Assembly: GCA_035390665.1 (NCBI GenBank)
Contig: DAOOUC010000002.1
Location: 1-32,000, forward strand
Length of the DNA: 32,000 nucleotides
From: an archaeon
GTDB taxonomy: Archaea > Iainarchaeota > Iainarchaeia > Iainarchaeales > CSSED10-239
Direction: 5' to 3'
This document shows, in pieces, positions 16,141 to 23,830 of this stretch. Under the pieces are notes generated by a model that did not search any database, was not told where the DNA came from, and worked only from the letters and a program-made list of their open reading frames with translations. A program made the position numbers and the translations under genes. Each line of letters begins with the position of its first letter. Positions within the stretch are counted from its first letter, which is position 1.

Positions 16141-16584
16141 TTATATTTTTTCTCTTTTTATTTTTCCTAATTTTAGTATTTGCTTAGATAATGGATCTCC
16201 GTATTCTTTAAAGTAATAGACTTCTTTAAACCCAAGTTCCACTAAAAACCTAGAACAAATAGTACAAGGGGAATAACTACAATATAGTGTTGCATCTTTA
16301 AGGTCAATACCCTTCTTTAAAGCATTAAGAATAGCCCTTTGCTCAGCACAAAGCCCAGTACATAGCTCATTTCTTTGCCCTGGCCTCATTTTAAAATACT
16401 CTTTAGCACAACCAATAACAGAACAAGGCGGAATAGTTGAGCTGTTACCATTATACCCAGAAGATAGGATTTTTCCATTTTTAACAATAACTGCCCCAAT
16501 TTGTTTTCTTAAACAAAGTGATAGTTTTTCTTGTTTTTTAAGTTCTTTAAGTATTTCTGTTGATACCATGAAAATATCAAACAT
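16141..16584 (-). CDS. Cytidine/deoxycytidylate deaminase family protein (dCMP deaminase-like)
   Basis: Zinc motifs CAEQRAILNA and PCTICSRFL, with the ComEB-like upstream segment GCAKEY...GQRNELC. Convergent with the adhesin gene, stop codons 1 nt apart. Confidence 0.7.
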   Translation of the reverse strand: MFDIFMVSTEILKELKKQEKLSLCLRKQIGAVIVKNGKILSSGYNGNSSTIPPCSVIGCAKEYFKMRPGQRNELCTGLCAEQRAILNALKKGIDLKDATLYCSYSPCTICSRFLVELGFKEVYYFKEYGDPLSKQILKLGKIKREKI

Positions 16585-16650
16585 AAATCTATTTAAAAAG
16601 CTTACTTTAGTATATATTATATATAATATAAAATCTTTTTTCTAAAGAAA

Positions 16651-16685
16651 AAAGCCGATGAAAAAACAAATATTTTGGAGGTTTT
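16651..16685 (+). promoter_or_regulatory. Kink-turn hairpin in the L7Ae 5' UTR that embeds the SD (candidate L7Ae autoregulatory site)
   Basis: C-stem AAAGCC(16651-56)/GGUUUU(16680-85). 3-nt bulge GAU. Tandem sheared G60.A79 and A61.G78. A62.G77. Then four A-U pairs and loop CAAAUA. GGAGG (16677-81) lies on the non-bulged strand and the ATG is at 16690. Confidence 0.6.
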
Positions 16686-16689
16686 AAAT

Positions 16690-17169
16690 ATGGCAGAATT
16701 TGTTAAGTTTTCAGTACCTGAGGATCTTAAGAATCTTCAAGCTGACGTTATTTCAAAAGTTTCTAAATCAGGAAAGATTAAAGTAGGAATTAATGAAGTA
16801 ACAAAAACAATAGAGAGAAATACAGCTAAATTAGTTGTTATTGCTCAAGATATATCACCTGCAGAAATTGTAATGCACGTTCCAATAATCTGTAAGGAAA
16901 AAAGCATACCTTTTACATACGTCTCAACAAGAGAAGAACTTGGAAAGATTTCAGGTATCGGCGCAAAAGCAAGTGCAATAGCAATTGTTGATGAAGGAGT
17001 ATTAAAGAAGGAATTTAGTGCTTTATTATCAAAGATAGAAGAAATTAGTGGAGTTACCGCAAAATCAAAACCAGAAGCAAAAGAGGAAAAGCCAAAAGTA
17101 GCTGATAAAAAACCAGCAGCAGAGAAAAAACCAGTAGCAAAAAAAGAAGTTGCTGAAAAGAAAGAATAA
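16690..17169 (+). CDS. rpl7ae: 50S ribosomal protein L7Ae (k-turn binding) with a Lys/Pro/Ala/Glu-rich C-terminal tail
   Basis: GINEVTKTIERNTAKLVVIAQDISPAEIVMHVPIICKEKSIPFTYVSTREELG is the L7Ae core. ATG at 16690 with a GGAGG SD is preferred over the track TTG at 16675. Confidence 0.9.
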   Translation: MAEFVKFSVPEDLKNLQADVISKVSKSGKIKVGINEVTKTIERNTAKLVVIAQDISPAEIVMHVPIICKEKSIPFTYVSTREELGKISGIGAKASAIAIVDEGVLKKEFSALLSKIEEISGVTAKSKPEAKEEKPKVADKKPAAEKKPVAKKEVAEKKE

Positions 17170-17185
17170 AGGGGGTTGAATATTT

Positions 17186-17395
17186 ATGCCAGAAGAAGGA
17201 GTTCCAGCAGAAATTGTTGAAATTGTTGGAAGAACAGGTTCAAGAGGCGAAGCAACCCAAGTTCTTTGTAGAATTTTAGATGGCTTTGAAAAAGGAAGAA
17301 TTAAGAAAAGAAATGTAAGAGGCCTTGTAAAAAAAGGAGATGTCTTAATCTTAATGAATCCAGAATCTGAAGCAAAGGATATTAGAGGAAGATAA
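17186..17395 (+). CDS. rps28e: 30S ribosomal protein S28e
   Basis: PAEIVEIVGRTGSRGEATQVLCRILDG...RNVRGLVKKGDVLILMNPESEAK typical of S28e. Synteny L7Ae-S28e-L24e. Confidence 0.92.
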   Translation: MPEEGVPAEIVEIVGRTGSRGEATQVLCRILDGFEKGRIKKRNVRGLVKKGDVLILMNPESEAKDIRGR

Positions 17396-17410
17396 AAACG
17401 GTGAAAACAA

Positions 17411-17614
17411 ATGAATTGTACATTTTGTGGTAAGGAAATAAAGAGAGGCACTGGAATTATCTTTGCTAAGAAAGATGGAACAGTAAGTTACTTTTGTTCA
17501 AGTAAATGTAAGAAAAATCAATTAGAAAAAAAATACAAACCATTAAAGACAAGATGGACAGACACATACCACATTGAAAAAACAAGACATCAAAAAAAGC
17601 AAGCTGCTCAATAA
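17411..17614 (+). CDS. rpl24e: 50S ribosomal protein L24e
   Basis: CTFCGKEIKRGTGIIFAKKDGTVSYFCSSKCKKN is the L24e zinc-ribbon N-terminus. GGTGA SD. Confidence 0.92.
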   Translation: MNCTFCGKEIKRGTGIIFAKKDGTVSYFCSSKCKKNQLEKKYKPLKTRWTDTYHIEKTRHQKKQAAQ

Positions 17615-17620
17615 AAGCAC

Positions 17621-17638
17621 TTTCTTTTTTATTTTTTT
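17621..17638 (+). terminator. Oligo-T tract TTTCTTTTTTATTTTTTT after L24e
   Basis: T-runs 7 nt after the stop codon. A TTTTAAAAG promoter-like motif follows, before aIF5B. Confidence 0.5.
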
Positions 17639-17656
17639 AGTTAAAGTTTTAAAAGA

Positions 17657-19411
17657 GTGATAACCATAGTTTATAGACAACCAATAATTACTGTTATGGG
17701 TCATATTGACTCTGGAAAAACAACATTTTTAGACAGAATTAAAGGTACAAGTATTGTAGATAAAGAAGCAGGAAAAATAACACAACACATTGGTGCAACA
17801 GAAGTAACAATTGAAACAATAAATAAATTTAGTGGGCATTTAGTAAAGAAATATAATTTCGAACTAATGATTCCTGGATTATTATTTATAGACACACCAG
17901 GACATAATGCTTTTGATAATCTCAGAGAAAGAGGGGGTTCTTTAGCTGACTTGGTAGTCTTAGTAATGGATATTAATAAAGGATTACAGGTTCAAGATAT
18001 TCAAACAATTAATATTTTGAAAATGTATAAGGTCCCTTTTATTGTAGTTGCAAACAAGATAGATTTAGTTTCTGGATTTAACAGAGACGATAAAGACATT
18101 TTAGTTTGTCTAAACAATCAATCAAAAAATGTTTCAGAAAAATTAGAAGAATTATTATATAGAATTGTTGGGCAATTATATGATAAAGGCTTTGCTGCTG
18201 AAAGATTTGATAGAGTTAATGATTTTACAAAACAGATTGCAATAATTCCTGCAAATGTTTCAAATGATTTAGGTCTTCCAGAAAGCATTTTGTTTTTATC
18301 AGTATTAAGTCAAAAGTTTTTAGGGAAGAAACTAACAATAGAAGATAATGATTACATGCAAGGGGCAGTTCTTGAAGTTGGAGAACTAAAAGGAATTGGT
18401 TCAACTGCAGATGTCATTGTTTATCAAGGACAATTGAAAGTAAAAGATGAAATTTGCTTTCCAACAAGAAGCGGGCTAAAATGCTCAAAAATAAAAGCAT
18501 TATTAAAGCCAAACTTTATGACTGCAGTAGATAAAAAATGCGCTTATGAAAAAATTGAAAGTGTAAGTGCAGCAGCAGGAATAAAAATTGTGGCTCCAGA
18601 GATTGCAGATTGTCTTCCAGGAGCAGTAATTGTCTCAGCAGAAGATAAAGTAGCTATTGAAAATTTAAAAAATAAAGCATATGCTTGTTTAGTAAAAGGA
18701 AGCACAGGTGCTTTTGTAAAAGCAGACACTTTGGGGTCTCTTGAAGCATTGCACAAATTGTTGGACAAAGAATGTGTTGCTATCGCCAGTTCAGATATAG
18801 GCGATTTTACAAATAGAGATCTTTTAGAGTTAAAGATATTACATGAAAAAAATAAAGAACAAGGAGTATTGTTTTTATTTAATGTTAAAATTAATCAAGA
18901 GTTTTTAGATGAGATAGAGAAGCTGAAAATCCCTATATTTAAAAACAATATCATATATAAATTAATTGAGGACTACCAAGAATGGTTATCCAAATTAAAA
19001 AAGCAAGAAAAAGATAAATTACTAAAGGAAATAATTTATCCATGTAGTTTTAAAGTACTTCCAAATTTTATTTTTAGAAGTTGTAAACCAGCAGTTGTTG
19101 GTGTAAGAATTCTAGAAGGACGTTTAGTTGTTGGTTCAAACCTTGAATTAAATGGAAATAAAATTGGAGAAGTTGAAGGCATACAATCAGAAGGAAAAGC
19201 AATAGATGTTGCAACAGAGGAATCTGAAGTTGCAGTTTCTATTAGAGATGCAACCTATCTTAAAGACTTTAAGGAAGGAGACATCTTAAAAGTAAGTTTA
19301 ACTCTTGAAAATATTTCAAATCTAGAAAAGTTAGAAGGAGACTTAAGTTCAAGAGAGCAAGAGTTAATAATTCAAGCAAAAAATGAAATTTATAAAAAAC
19401 AAAATCAATAA
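17657..19411 (+). CDS. infB: Translation initiation factor aIF5B (IF2 family GTPase)
   Basis: G motifs GHIDSGKTTFLD, DTPGH and NKID. 584 aa. Probable GTG start at 17657 (N-terminus uncertain). Confidence 0.9.
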   Translation: MITIVYRQPIITVMGHIDSGKTTFLDRIKGTSIVDKEAGKITQHIGATEVTIETINKFSGHLVKKYNFELMIPGLLFIDTPGHNAFDNLRERGGSLADLVVLVMDINKGLQVQDIQTINILKMYKVPFIVVANKIDLVSGFNRDDKDILVCLNNQSKNVSEKLEELLYRIVGQLYDKGFAAERFDRVNDFTKQIAIIPANVSNDLGLPESILFLSVLSQKFLGKKLTIEDNDYMQGAVLEVGELKGIGSTADVIVYQGQLKVKDEICFPTRSGLKCSKIKALLKPNFMTAVDKKCAYEKIESVSAAAGIKIVAPEIADCLPGAVIVSAEDKVAIENLKNKAYACLVKGSTGAFVKADTLGSLEALHKLLDKECVAIASSDIGDFTNRDLLELKILHEKNKEQGVLFLFNVKINQEFLDEIEKLKIPIFKNNIIYKLIEDYQEWLSKLKKQEKDKLLKEIIYPCSFKVLPNFIFRSCKPAVVGVRILEGRLVVGSNLELNGNKIGEVEGIQSEGKAIDVATEESEVAVSIRDATYLKDFKEGDILKVSLTLENISNLEKLEGDLSSREQELIIQAKNEIYKKQNQ

Positions 19412-19427
19412 AAGAGGTGTATGAAAT

Positions 19428-19841
19428 TTGAGATTAACATTGTCAGATTCAAAAACAAAAAAAAGTTATAATGTGGAAGCAGATGAGAAATTAAAACTTC
19501 ATTTACTTGGAAAGAAGATAAAAGATGAAGTTGATTTATCAAGTATTTCTCCAGGTTTAAAAGGAATAATAACTGGTGGATCAGATAAGCAAGGCTTTCC
19601 AATGCACACAAAACTTGACTCTGAAAGTTCTAAAAAAATATTAACCACAAAAGGTTTAGGTTTTAAAACAACAAGAAGTGGAGAAAGAAGAAGAGTAAGA
19701 GTTGCAGGAAGAATAATTATTGATAAGACTGCTCAAGTTAATATAAAATTAACAGCAGGAGAAACAACAGGCTTTGATGAAAGATTCCCAAAGCAAAAGA
19801 AAGAAGAAGATTCTTCAAAGAAAGGAAAAAAGAAAAAGTAA
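19428..19841 (+). CDS. rps6e: 30S ribosomal protein S6e
   Basis: RLTLSDSKTKKSYNVE....LGKKIKDEVD....GLKGIITGGSDKQGFPM...RRRVRVAG typical of S6e. TTG start with an AGAGGTG SD 8 nt upstream. Confidence 0.88.
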   Translation: MRLTLSDSKTKKSYNVEADEKLKLHLLGKKIKDEVDLSSISPGLKGIITGGSDKQGFPMHTKLDSESSKKILTTKGLGFKTTRSGERRRVRVAGRIIIDKTAQVNIKLTAGETTGFDERFPKQKKEEDSSKKGKKKK

Positions 19842-19844
19842 TTT

Positions 19845-19937
19845 AAAAAACTAAATTGAAAATTATGGAAGAGTTTTTCTTTTTTTAGAAAAAAGAAACA
19901 CTCGGCAAAGAAAAAACTAAATTGAAAAATATGGAAG
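19845..19937 (+). repeat. 27-nt direct repeat (26/27 identical) at 19845-19871 and 19911-19937, flanking a hairpin
   Basis: aaaaaactaaattgaaaaTtatggaag versus aaaaaactaaattgaaaaAtatggaag. The second copy contains the aIF2-gamma ATG (19931). The first copy opens a 7-codon ORF, MEEFFFF*. Confidence 0.85.
19871..19903 (+). terminator. Long A/T hairpin with a T7 run after S6e (14 of 15 positions paired, loop TAG)
   Basis: GAGTTTTTCTTTTTT-TAG-AAAAAAGAAACACTC. The oligo-T arm would act as an archaeal terminator. Confidence 0.5.
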
Positions 19938-21121
19938 CAGTACAATCGGTCCTAAATATTGGAGTTGTTGGTCATGTTGATCATGGGAAAACCACATTAA
20001 CTTCTAAGATTACAGGACAATCAACAGATAGACATTCTGATGAAATTAAGCAAGGTATATCTATAAAATTAGGATATGCAGATGCTTGTTTTTATAAGTG
20101 TAAAACCTGTAAAGGGTTACAAGCATATGGTGTTACAAAGAAATGTCAGTTGTGTGGTGGAGAAAGAGAACTTGTAAGAAAGGTTTCTTTTGTTGATGCC
20201 CCAGGTCACGAAACATTGATGGCAGTAATGCTTTCTGGTGCAACACTTTTAAATGGGGCAATACTTGTTATTGCAGCAAATGAAGAATGTCCACAACCAA
20301 GAACAGTTGAACATTTCTCTGCATTAAAGATGCATGGAATAAAACACATGGTTGTTGCTCAAAATAAATTAGATTTAGTTACAAAAGAAGAAGCACAAGA
20401 AAATTATAAAAAAATTAGAAAGTTTTTAGATGATGAAGGATACTCTCATGTTCCAATAATTCCAACATCTGCTCATTTTGATGCAAACATTGATGCTTTG
20501 GTTTATGCTTTGCTAGATAGTATTCCTGTTCCGGAATTAGATACTACTTCTCCATTAAAAATGAGAATTGTTAGATCTTTTGATATTAATAAACCAGGAA
20601 TAACTGTTGATAAATTAAAAGGCGGAGTATTAGGCGGAGCAATAATTTGTGGAACACTTTCAGAAAAACAAAAAGTTTGGTTGTATCCAGGAATCACTAA
20701 GCCAATTGAATTGACAGTAGAATCATTAAATTCTAATGGTGTATTTTTTAAAAAAGTACACGCAGGCGGATTGATTGCAATTGGAACAGATCTTGATCCA
20801 TTCTTTGTCTCTGGAGATAAGATGATTGGGCAATTAATTTGTGAAGAGAGTTCAAAACCATTAATGACACAAGAGATGGAATTAAAGTATTCCAGAATTG
20901 ATAGATTATTAGATTCAAATAAAGACTCTCTAAAGATTGGAGAAAATATTGTTTTAATTATTGGAACTGCAGCACATTTAGGCACAATAAAAAAGATTAA
21001 AGGAGACACTTTGTCGGTGTCTTTAAAAAATCAAGCAGTTTATTATAAAGATGAAACAATAGCGATTAGTAGATTAATAAGTGGACGTTGGAGATTGTCT
21101 GGATATGCACACGCAAGATAG
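19931..21121 (+). CDS. eif2g: Translation initiation factor aIF2 gamma subunit
   Basis: NIGVVGHVDHGKTTL, DAPGH, QNKLD and the zinc knuckle CKTCKG...CQLCGG. ATG at 19931 is preferred over the track TTG at 19922. Confidence 0.92.
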   Translation: MEAVQSVLNIGVVGHVDHGKTTLTSKITGQSTDRHSDEIKQGISIKLGYADACFYKCKTCKGLQAYGVTKKCQLCGGERELVRKVSFVDAPGHETLMAVMLSGATLLNGAILVIAANEECPQPRTVEHFSALKMHGIKHMVVAQNKLDLVTKEEAQENYKKIRKFLDDEGYSHVPIIPTSAHFDANIDALVYALLDSIPVPELDTTSPLKMRIVRSFDINKPGITVDKLKGGVLGGAIICGTLSEKQKVWLYPGITKPIELTVESLNSNGVFFKKVHAGGLIAIGTDLDPFFVSGDKMIGQLICEESSKPLMTQEMELKYSRIDRLLDSNKDSLKIGENIVLIIGTAAHLGTIKKIKGDTLSVSLKNQAVYYKDETIAISRLISGRWRLSGYAHAR

Positions 21122-21512
21122 GGTTGCAAATATTATCATTGACACAAATGTCTTAATCTATATGTATGAACTTAAAAGAGATGTTTTTGAGTTTGCGTTA
21201 AATGTTTTACCAAATGGTAAATTCTTCGTGTTAGATAAGTCAATTATAGAGCTTGAAAAAGTCTTTAAAGACAAACCAAGAAAATTGATATTATTAAAAA
21301 ATTTCATAGAGAAGTTAATTAGTTTAAAAAAATTTGAAATATTAGAAGTTAAAAATGAATTATTTGAAAAATATAAAAAAGTGGATAATTTATTAATATA
21401 TTTTAGCAATAATTATATAATATACACGAATGATAAAATACTGAAAAACAAAATAAAAAAAAAAGGAAATAAAGTTTTAACATTAAGATTACATGATGTT
21501 TTTTTAAATTAA
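21105..21512 (+). CDS. PIN-domain protein (Fcf1/Utp24-like, COG1412-type)
   Basis: NIIIDTNVLIYMYE (first acidic residue) and ..IIYTNDKILKNKIKKKGNKVLTL (T-x-D motif). Conserved position between aIF2-gamma and rpoE. It overlaps the aIF2-gamma 3' end by 17 nt if ATG 21105 is used. Confidence 0.65.
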   Translation: MHTQDRVANIIIDTNVLIYMYELKRDVFEFALNVLPNGKFFVLDKSIIELEKVFKDKPRKLILLKNFIEKLISLKKFEILEVKNELFEKYKKVDNLLIYFSNNYIIYTNDKILKNKIKKKGNKVLTLRLHDVFLN

Positions 21513-21531
21513 AAAAAAGGGGTTTTATAAA

Positions 21532-22146
21532 ATGGGATATAAAAAATATACTTTGGAAGGCATTGTTTCAATTGCTCCTCAAAGATTATCTGGGGAATTA
21601 AAAGATATTATTCTTAATCAACTTTGTTATGATTATGAAGGAGTTATTGATAAAAACATAGGAGTAATAGTAGCAGTAACAGAAGTATTGTCTCACGATA
21701 TCGGAGAGATTGTCCCAGCAGACCCAAATGTTTTCTTTAAAGCAAAGTTTTCAGTAATTGCATACTATCCAAAACTTCATGAAATTGTTAATGGTGTAGT
21801 GACACAAGCAACAGATTTTGGTGCATTTATTAAAATTGGACCATTTGAAGGTTTATGTCATGTATCTCAAGTTATGGAGGATTTTAATTCCTATAATGCT
21901 GAATTACCAGGATTTACAGGAAAAGAATCAAAACAAACTTTAGTTGTTGGAGATAACGTTGTTGCAAGAATTGCAAATGTTAGTTTGAAACCAAGCATTA
22001 CAGAAACAAAAATTGGTTTAACAATGAGACAATTTGGTTTAGGTAAAGCAGATTGGCAAAAACAACCAGTAAAGAAAGAAAAGAAAACAACTACAAAGAA
22101 AGAAACAAAGAAAGAAGAAACAAAACCTAAAGCAAAAAAGAAATAA
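21532..22146 (+). CDS. rpoE: DNA-directed RNA polymerase subunit E (Rpo7), S1 domain, Lys-rich C-terminal tail
   Basis: N-terminal Rpb7-like fold pattern and S1 motif NGVVTQATDFGAFIKIGPFEGLCHVSQV. Followed by spt4. Confidence 0.88.
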   Translation: MGYKKYTLEGIVSIAPQRLSGELKDIILNQLCYDYEGVIDKNIGVIVAVTEVLSHDIGEIVPADPNVFFKAKFSVIAYYPKLHEIVNGVVTQATDFGAFIKIGPFEGLCHVSQVMEDFNSYNAELPGFTGKESKQTLVVGDNVVARIANVSLKPSITETKIGLTMRQFGLGKADWQKQPVKKEKKTTTKKETKKEETKPKAKKK

Positions 22147-22160
22147 AATGGTGATATTTA

Positions 22161-22376
22161 ATGGTATACAAAGCATGTAGAAAATGCAGAAAAATAGTTG
22201 AAGATGAATTTCTAGATGACAAAGAAACAGTTAAAGAGTGCCCTATTTGTGGATGTACTGTATTTACAACTTTTTGGAAAGGTAATGCTTTAATTATTGA
22301 TCCAGAAAACTCAGATATTTCAAAAGCAATGGAAGTAAAAACTCCAGGAAGATATGCATTAAGATTAAGTAGGTGA
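22161..22376 (+). CDS. spt4: Transcription elongation factor Spt4 (RpoE'')
   Basis: Zinc ribbon CRKCRK...CPICG followed by F...WKG..IIDPE.S.I typical of Spt4. GGTGA SD. Confidence 0.85.
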   Translation: MVYKACRKCRKIVEDEFLDDKETVKECPICGCTVFTTFWKGNALIIDPENSDISKAMEVKTPGRYALRLSR

Positions 22377-22383
22377 ATGAACA

Positions 22384-22689
22384 ATGAATGTAGAAATTGA
22401 AAAACAAAGAAATGAATTATTGCACAGAACAACAATTGTTGCAAAAATTAAAGGAGTAAAAACACCAAGCAGAAAAGAACTTTTAAAGAAGGTTGCTGCA
22501 ATGCTTGGAAGTGATGAAAAATTAATGGTTGTTGATAAGATAAGTCAAGAATATGGTAAACAATCAAGTATTGCTTATCTAAAGGTTTATGATTCTTTAA
22601 ATTATTTAAAAGAATTAGAATTAAAACACAAGATAAAAAGAACAGGCGATCTTGAAGATAAAAAGCCAGTAGAAGAAAAAGGTGAATAA
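22384..22689 (+). CDS. rps24e: 30S ribosomal protein S24e
   Basis: NELLHRTTIVAKIKGVKTPSRKELLKKVAAMLGSDEKLMVVDKISQEYGKQSSIAYLKVYDS typical of S24e. Confidence 0.9.
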   Translation: MNVEIEKQRNELLHRTTIVAKIKGVKTPSRKELLKKVAAMLGSDEKLMVVDKISQEYGKQSSIAYLKVYDSLNYLKELELKHKIKRTGDLEDKKPVEEKGE

Positions 22690-22691
22690 TT

Positions 22692-22916
22692 ATGGGTAAG
22701 AAGAAAGGCGGCGGACCAAAAAAAGGCAAGACAAAGCACACAAAGACAGATAGAATAAAAGTAAGTAAGTTTTATTCTGTTTCTGGAGATAAAGTTGAAA
22801 GAATTGGGAAAGAATGTCCGAAGTGTGGAACAGCAGTTAAGATGGGTGCACACAAAGGCAAAGATGGAAAAACAAGATATGCTTGTGGAAAATGCGGTAT
22901 GAATGTTTTTGAATGA
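22692..22916 (+). CDS. rps27ae: 30S ribosomal protein S27ae
   Basis: Zinc ribbon CPKCG...ACGKCG with a basic N-terminus. Follows S24e. Confidence 0.88.
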   Translation: MGKKKGGGPKKGKTKHTKTDRIKVSKFYSVSGDKVERIGKECPKCGTAVKMGAHKGKDGKTRYACGKCGMNVFE

Positions 22917-22926
22917 TTGAATAATT

Positions 22927-23466
22927 ATGCAATTCATACCAGAAGATTTTCTTCTAGATGTTTTTCTTTTTCTAATTCCTTTTTATTTTGTTTTTTTATT
23001 TGATAGAGTTACTAATATTAAATTAGCATTTTATACTCTTGGATTAAAGTCAATTAAATTTAAAGAACTTTTAAAAAATAGTTTAACTATCTTTTTACTT
23101 TTGTTTTTTTTAAGTTACCTTCTTGGTTTTTTTTCTGTTTTTTTTAATGTTTCTGATTTAGAGGTTGTTGGTAAAGAGATTTTAAATTTTCCATTTTCTG
23201 TGGTTATTTATCTTTTTATAATAAGGGTATTTTTAGAAGAATGGTTCTTTAGAGGTTTCTTGGTTCCAAGAGTTGGAATTGTATTTTCTAGTTTGATTTT
23301 TGCAATTGGCCATCTTTCTTATGGCTCAATAATAGAAGTTCTTGGTGCTTTTGTTTTAGGTGTTTTCTTGGCAAGCACTTACAATAAAACAAAAAATCTT
23401 TGGCCTAACATTATTGCACACACACTATATAATCTTATTATTTACTTATTTCTTTTAATTGCCTAA
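22927..23466 (+). CDS. CPBP-family (CAAX/Abi) intramembrane metalloprotease
   Basis: Polytopic membrane protein with EEWFFRGFL (EExxxR), FAIGH and HTLYN motifs. Confidence 0.85.
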   Translation: MQFIPEDFLLDVFLFLIPFYFVFLFDRVTNIKLAFYTLGLKSIKFKELLKNSLTIFLLLFFLSYLLGFFSVFFNVSDLEVVGKEILNFPFSVVIYLFIIRVFLEEWFFRGFLVPRVGIVFSSLIFAIGHLSYGSIIEVLGAFVLGVFLASTYNKTKNLWPNIIAHTLYNLIIYLFLLIA

Positions 23467-23554
23467 TAACTAAATATAGTTAACTAATTCCCAATAAAAC
23501 AATTACTAAAGTTTAAAGGGCATTTAGATTTATGGTACAATTAATTAGTTTTAA

Positions 23555-23830
23555 TGTTCCTTTTGGAACATAAAAAAGGGGTTAGTATATATATACTGCT
23601 AACAACACAAATATTTTGGAAATTGGTACAAATCCAAAGAATTCTAGAAAAACTAGAAAAGGAGCATAAACGGATTTCAACGAGATCTTCCAGGGGGGGT
23701 TTTATAGTTGCTGGGACAAGAAAAATTTAACTCTGGAGTATCGGAGTTGGCACAGGCAGGAGGAACATGCTATTACCTGGCTTGAAGGTCGAAACAGAAT
23801 TTAGTTTGGTTTCCTCTCTTGCCTATTACT
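23555..23830. ncRNA. Hairpin-dense, locally GC-enriched non-coding stretch; candidate structured RNA of unknown class (strand unresolved)
   Basis: Perfect hairpins ATGTTCC-TTTT-GGAACAT (23555) and TTCTAG-AAAAA-CTAGAA (23642). Also TTTGGA..TCCAAA (23614). A G7 run at 23693. Possible long-range pairing GGCAGGAG (23755-62)/CTCTTGCC (23816-23). GC is far above the flanking intergenic DNA. No start-to-stop ORF of 60 codons or more. Confidence 0.3.

Noticed and set aside
17065-17451. 128-aa minus-strand ORF antisense to L7Ae/S28e. Similar antisense ORFs lie at 20503-21009, 22127-22444, 22448-22741, 22602-22937, 3621-3935, 9932-10198, 25643-25969 and 27869-28225.
   Set aside because: All lie entirely opposite strongly supported conserved genes. 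They have Phe/Leu/Ser-rich low-complexity translations, as expected from the reverse complement of Lys/Glu-rich coding DNA. They have no SD motifs.
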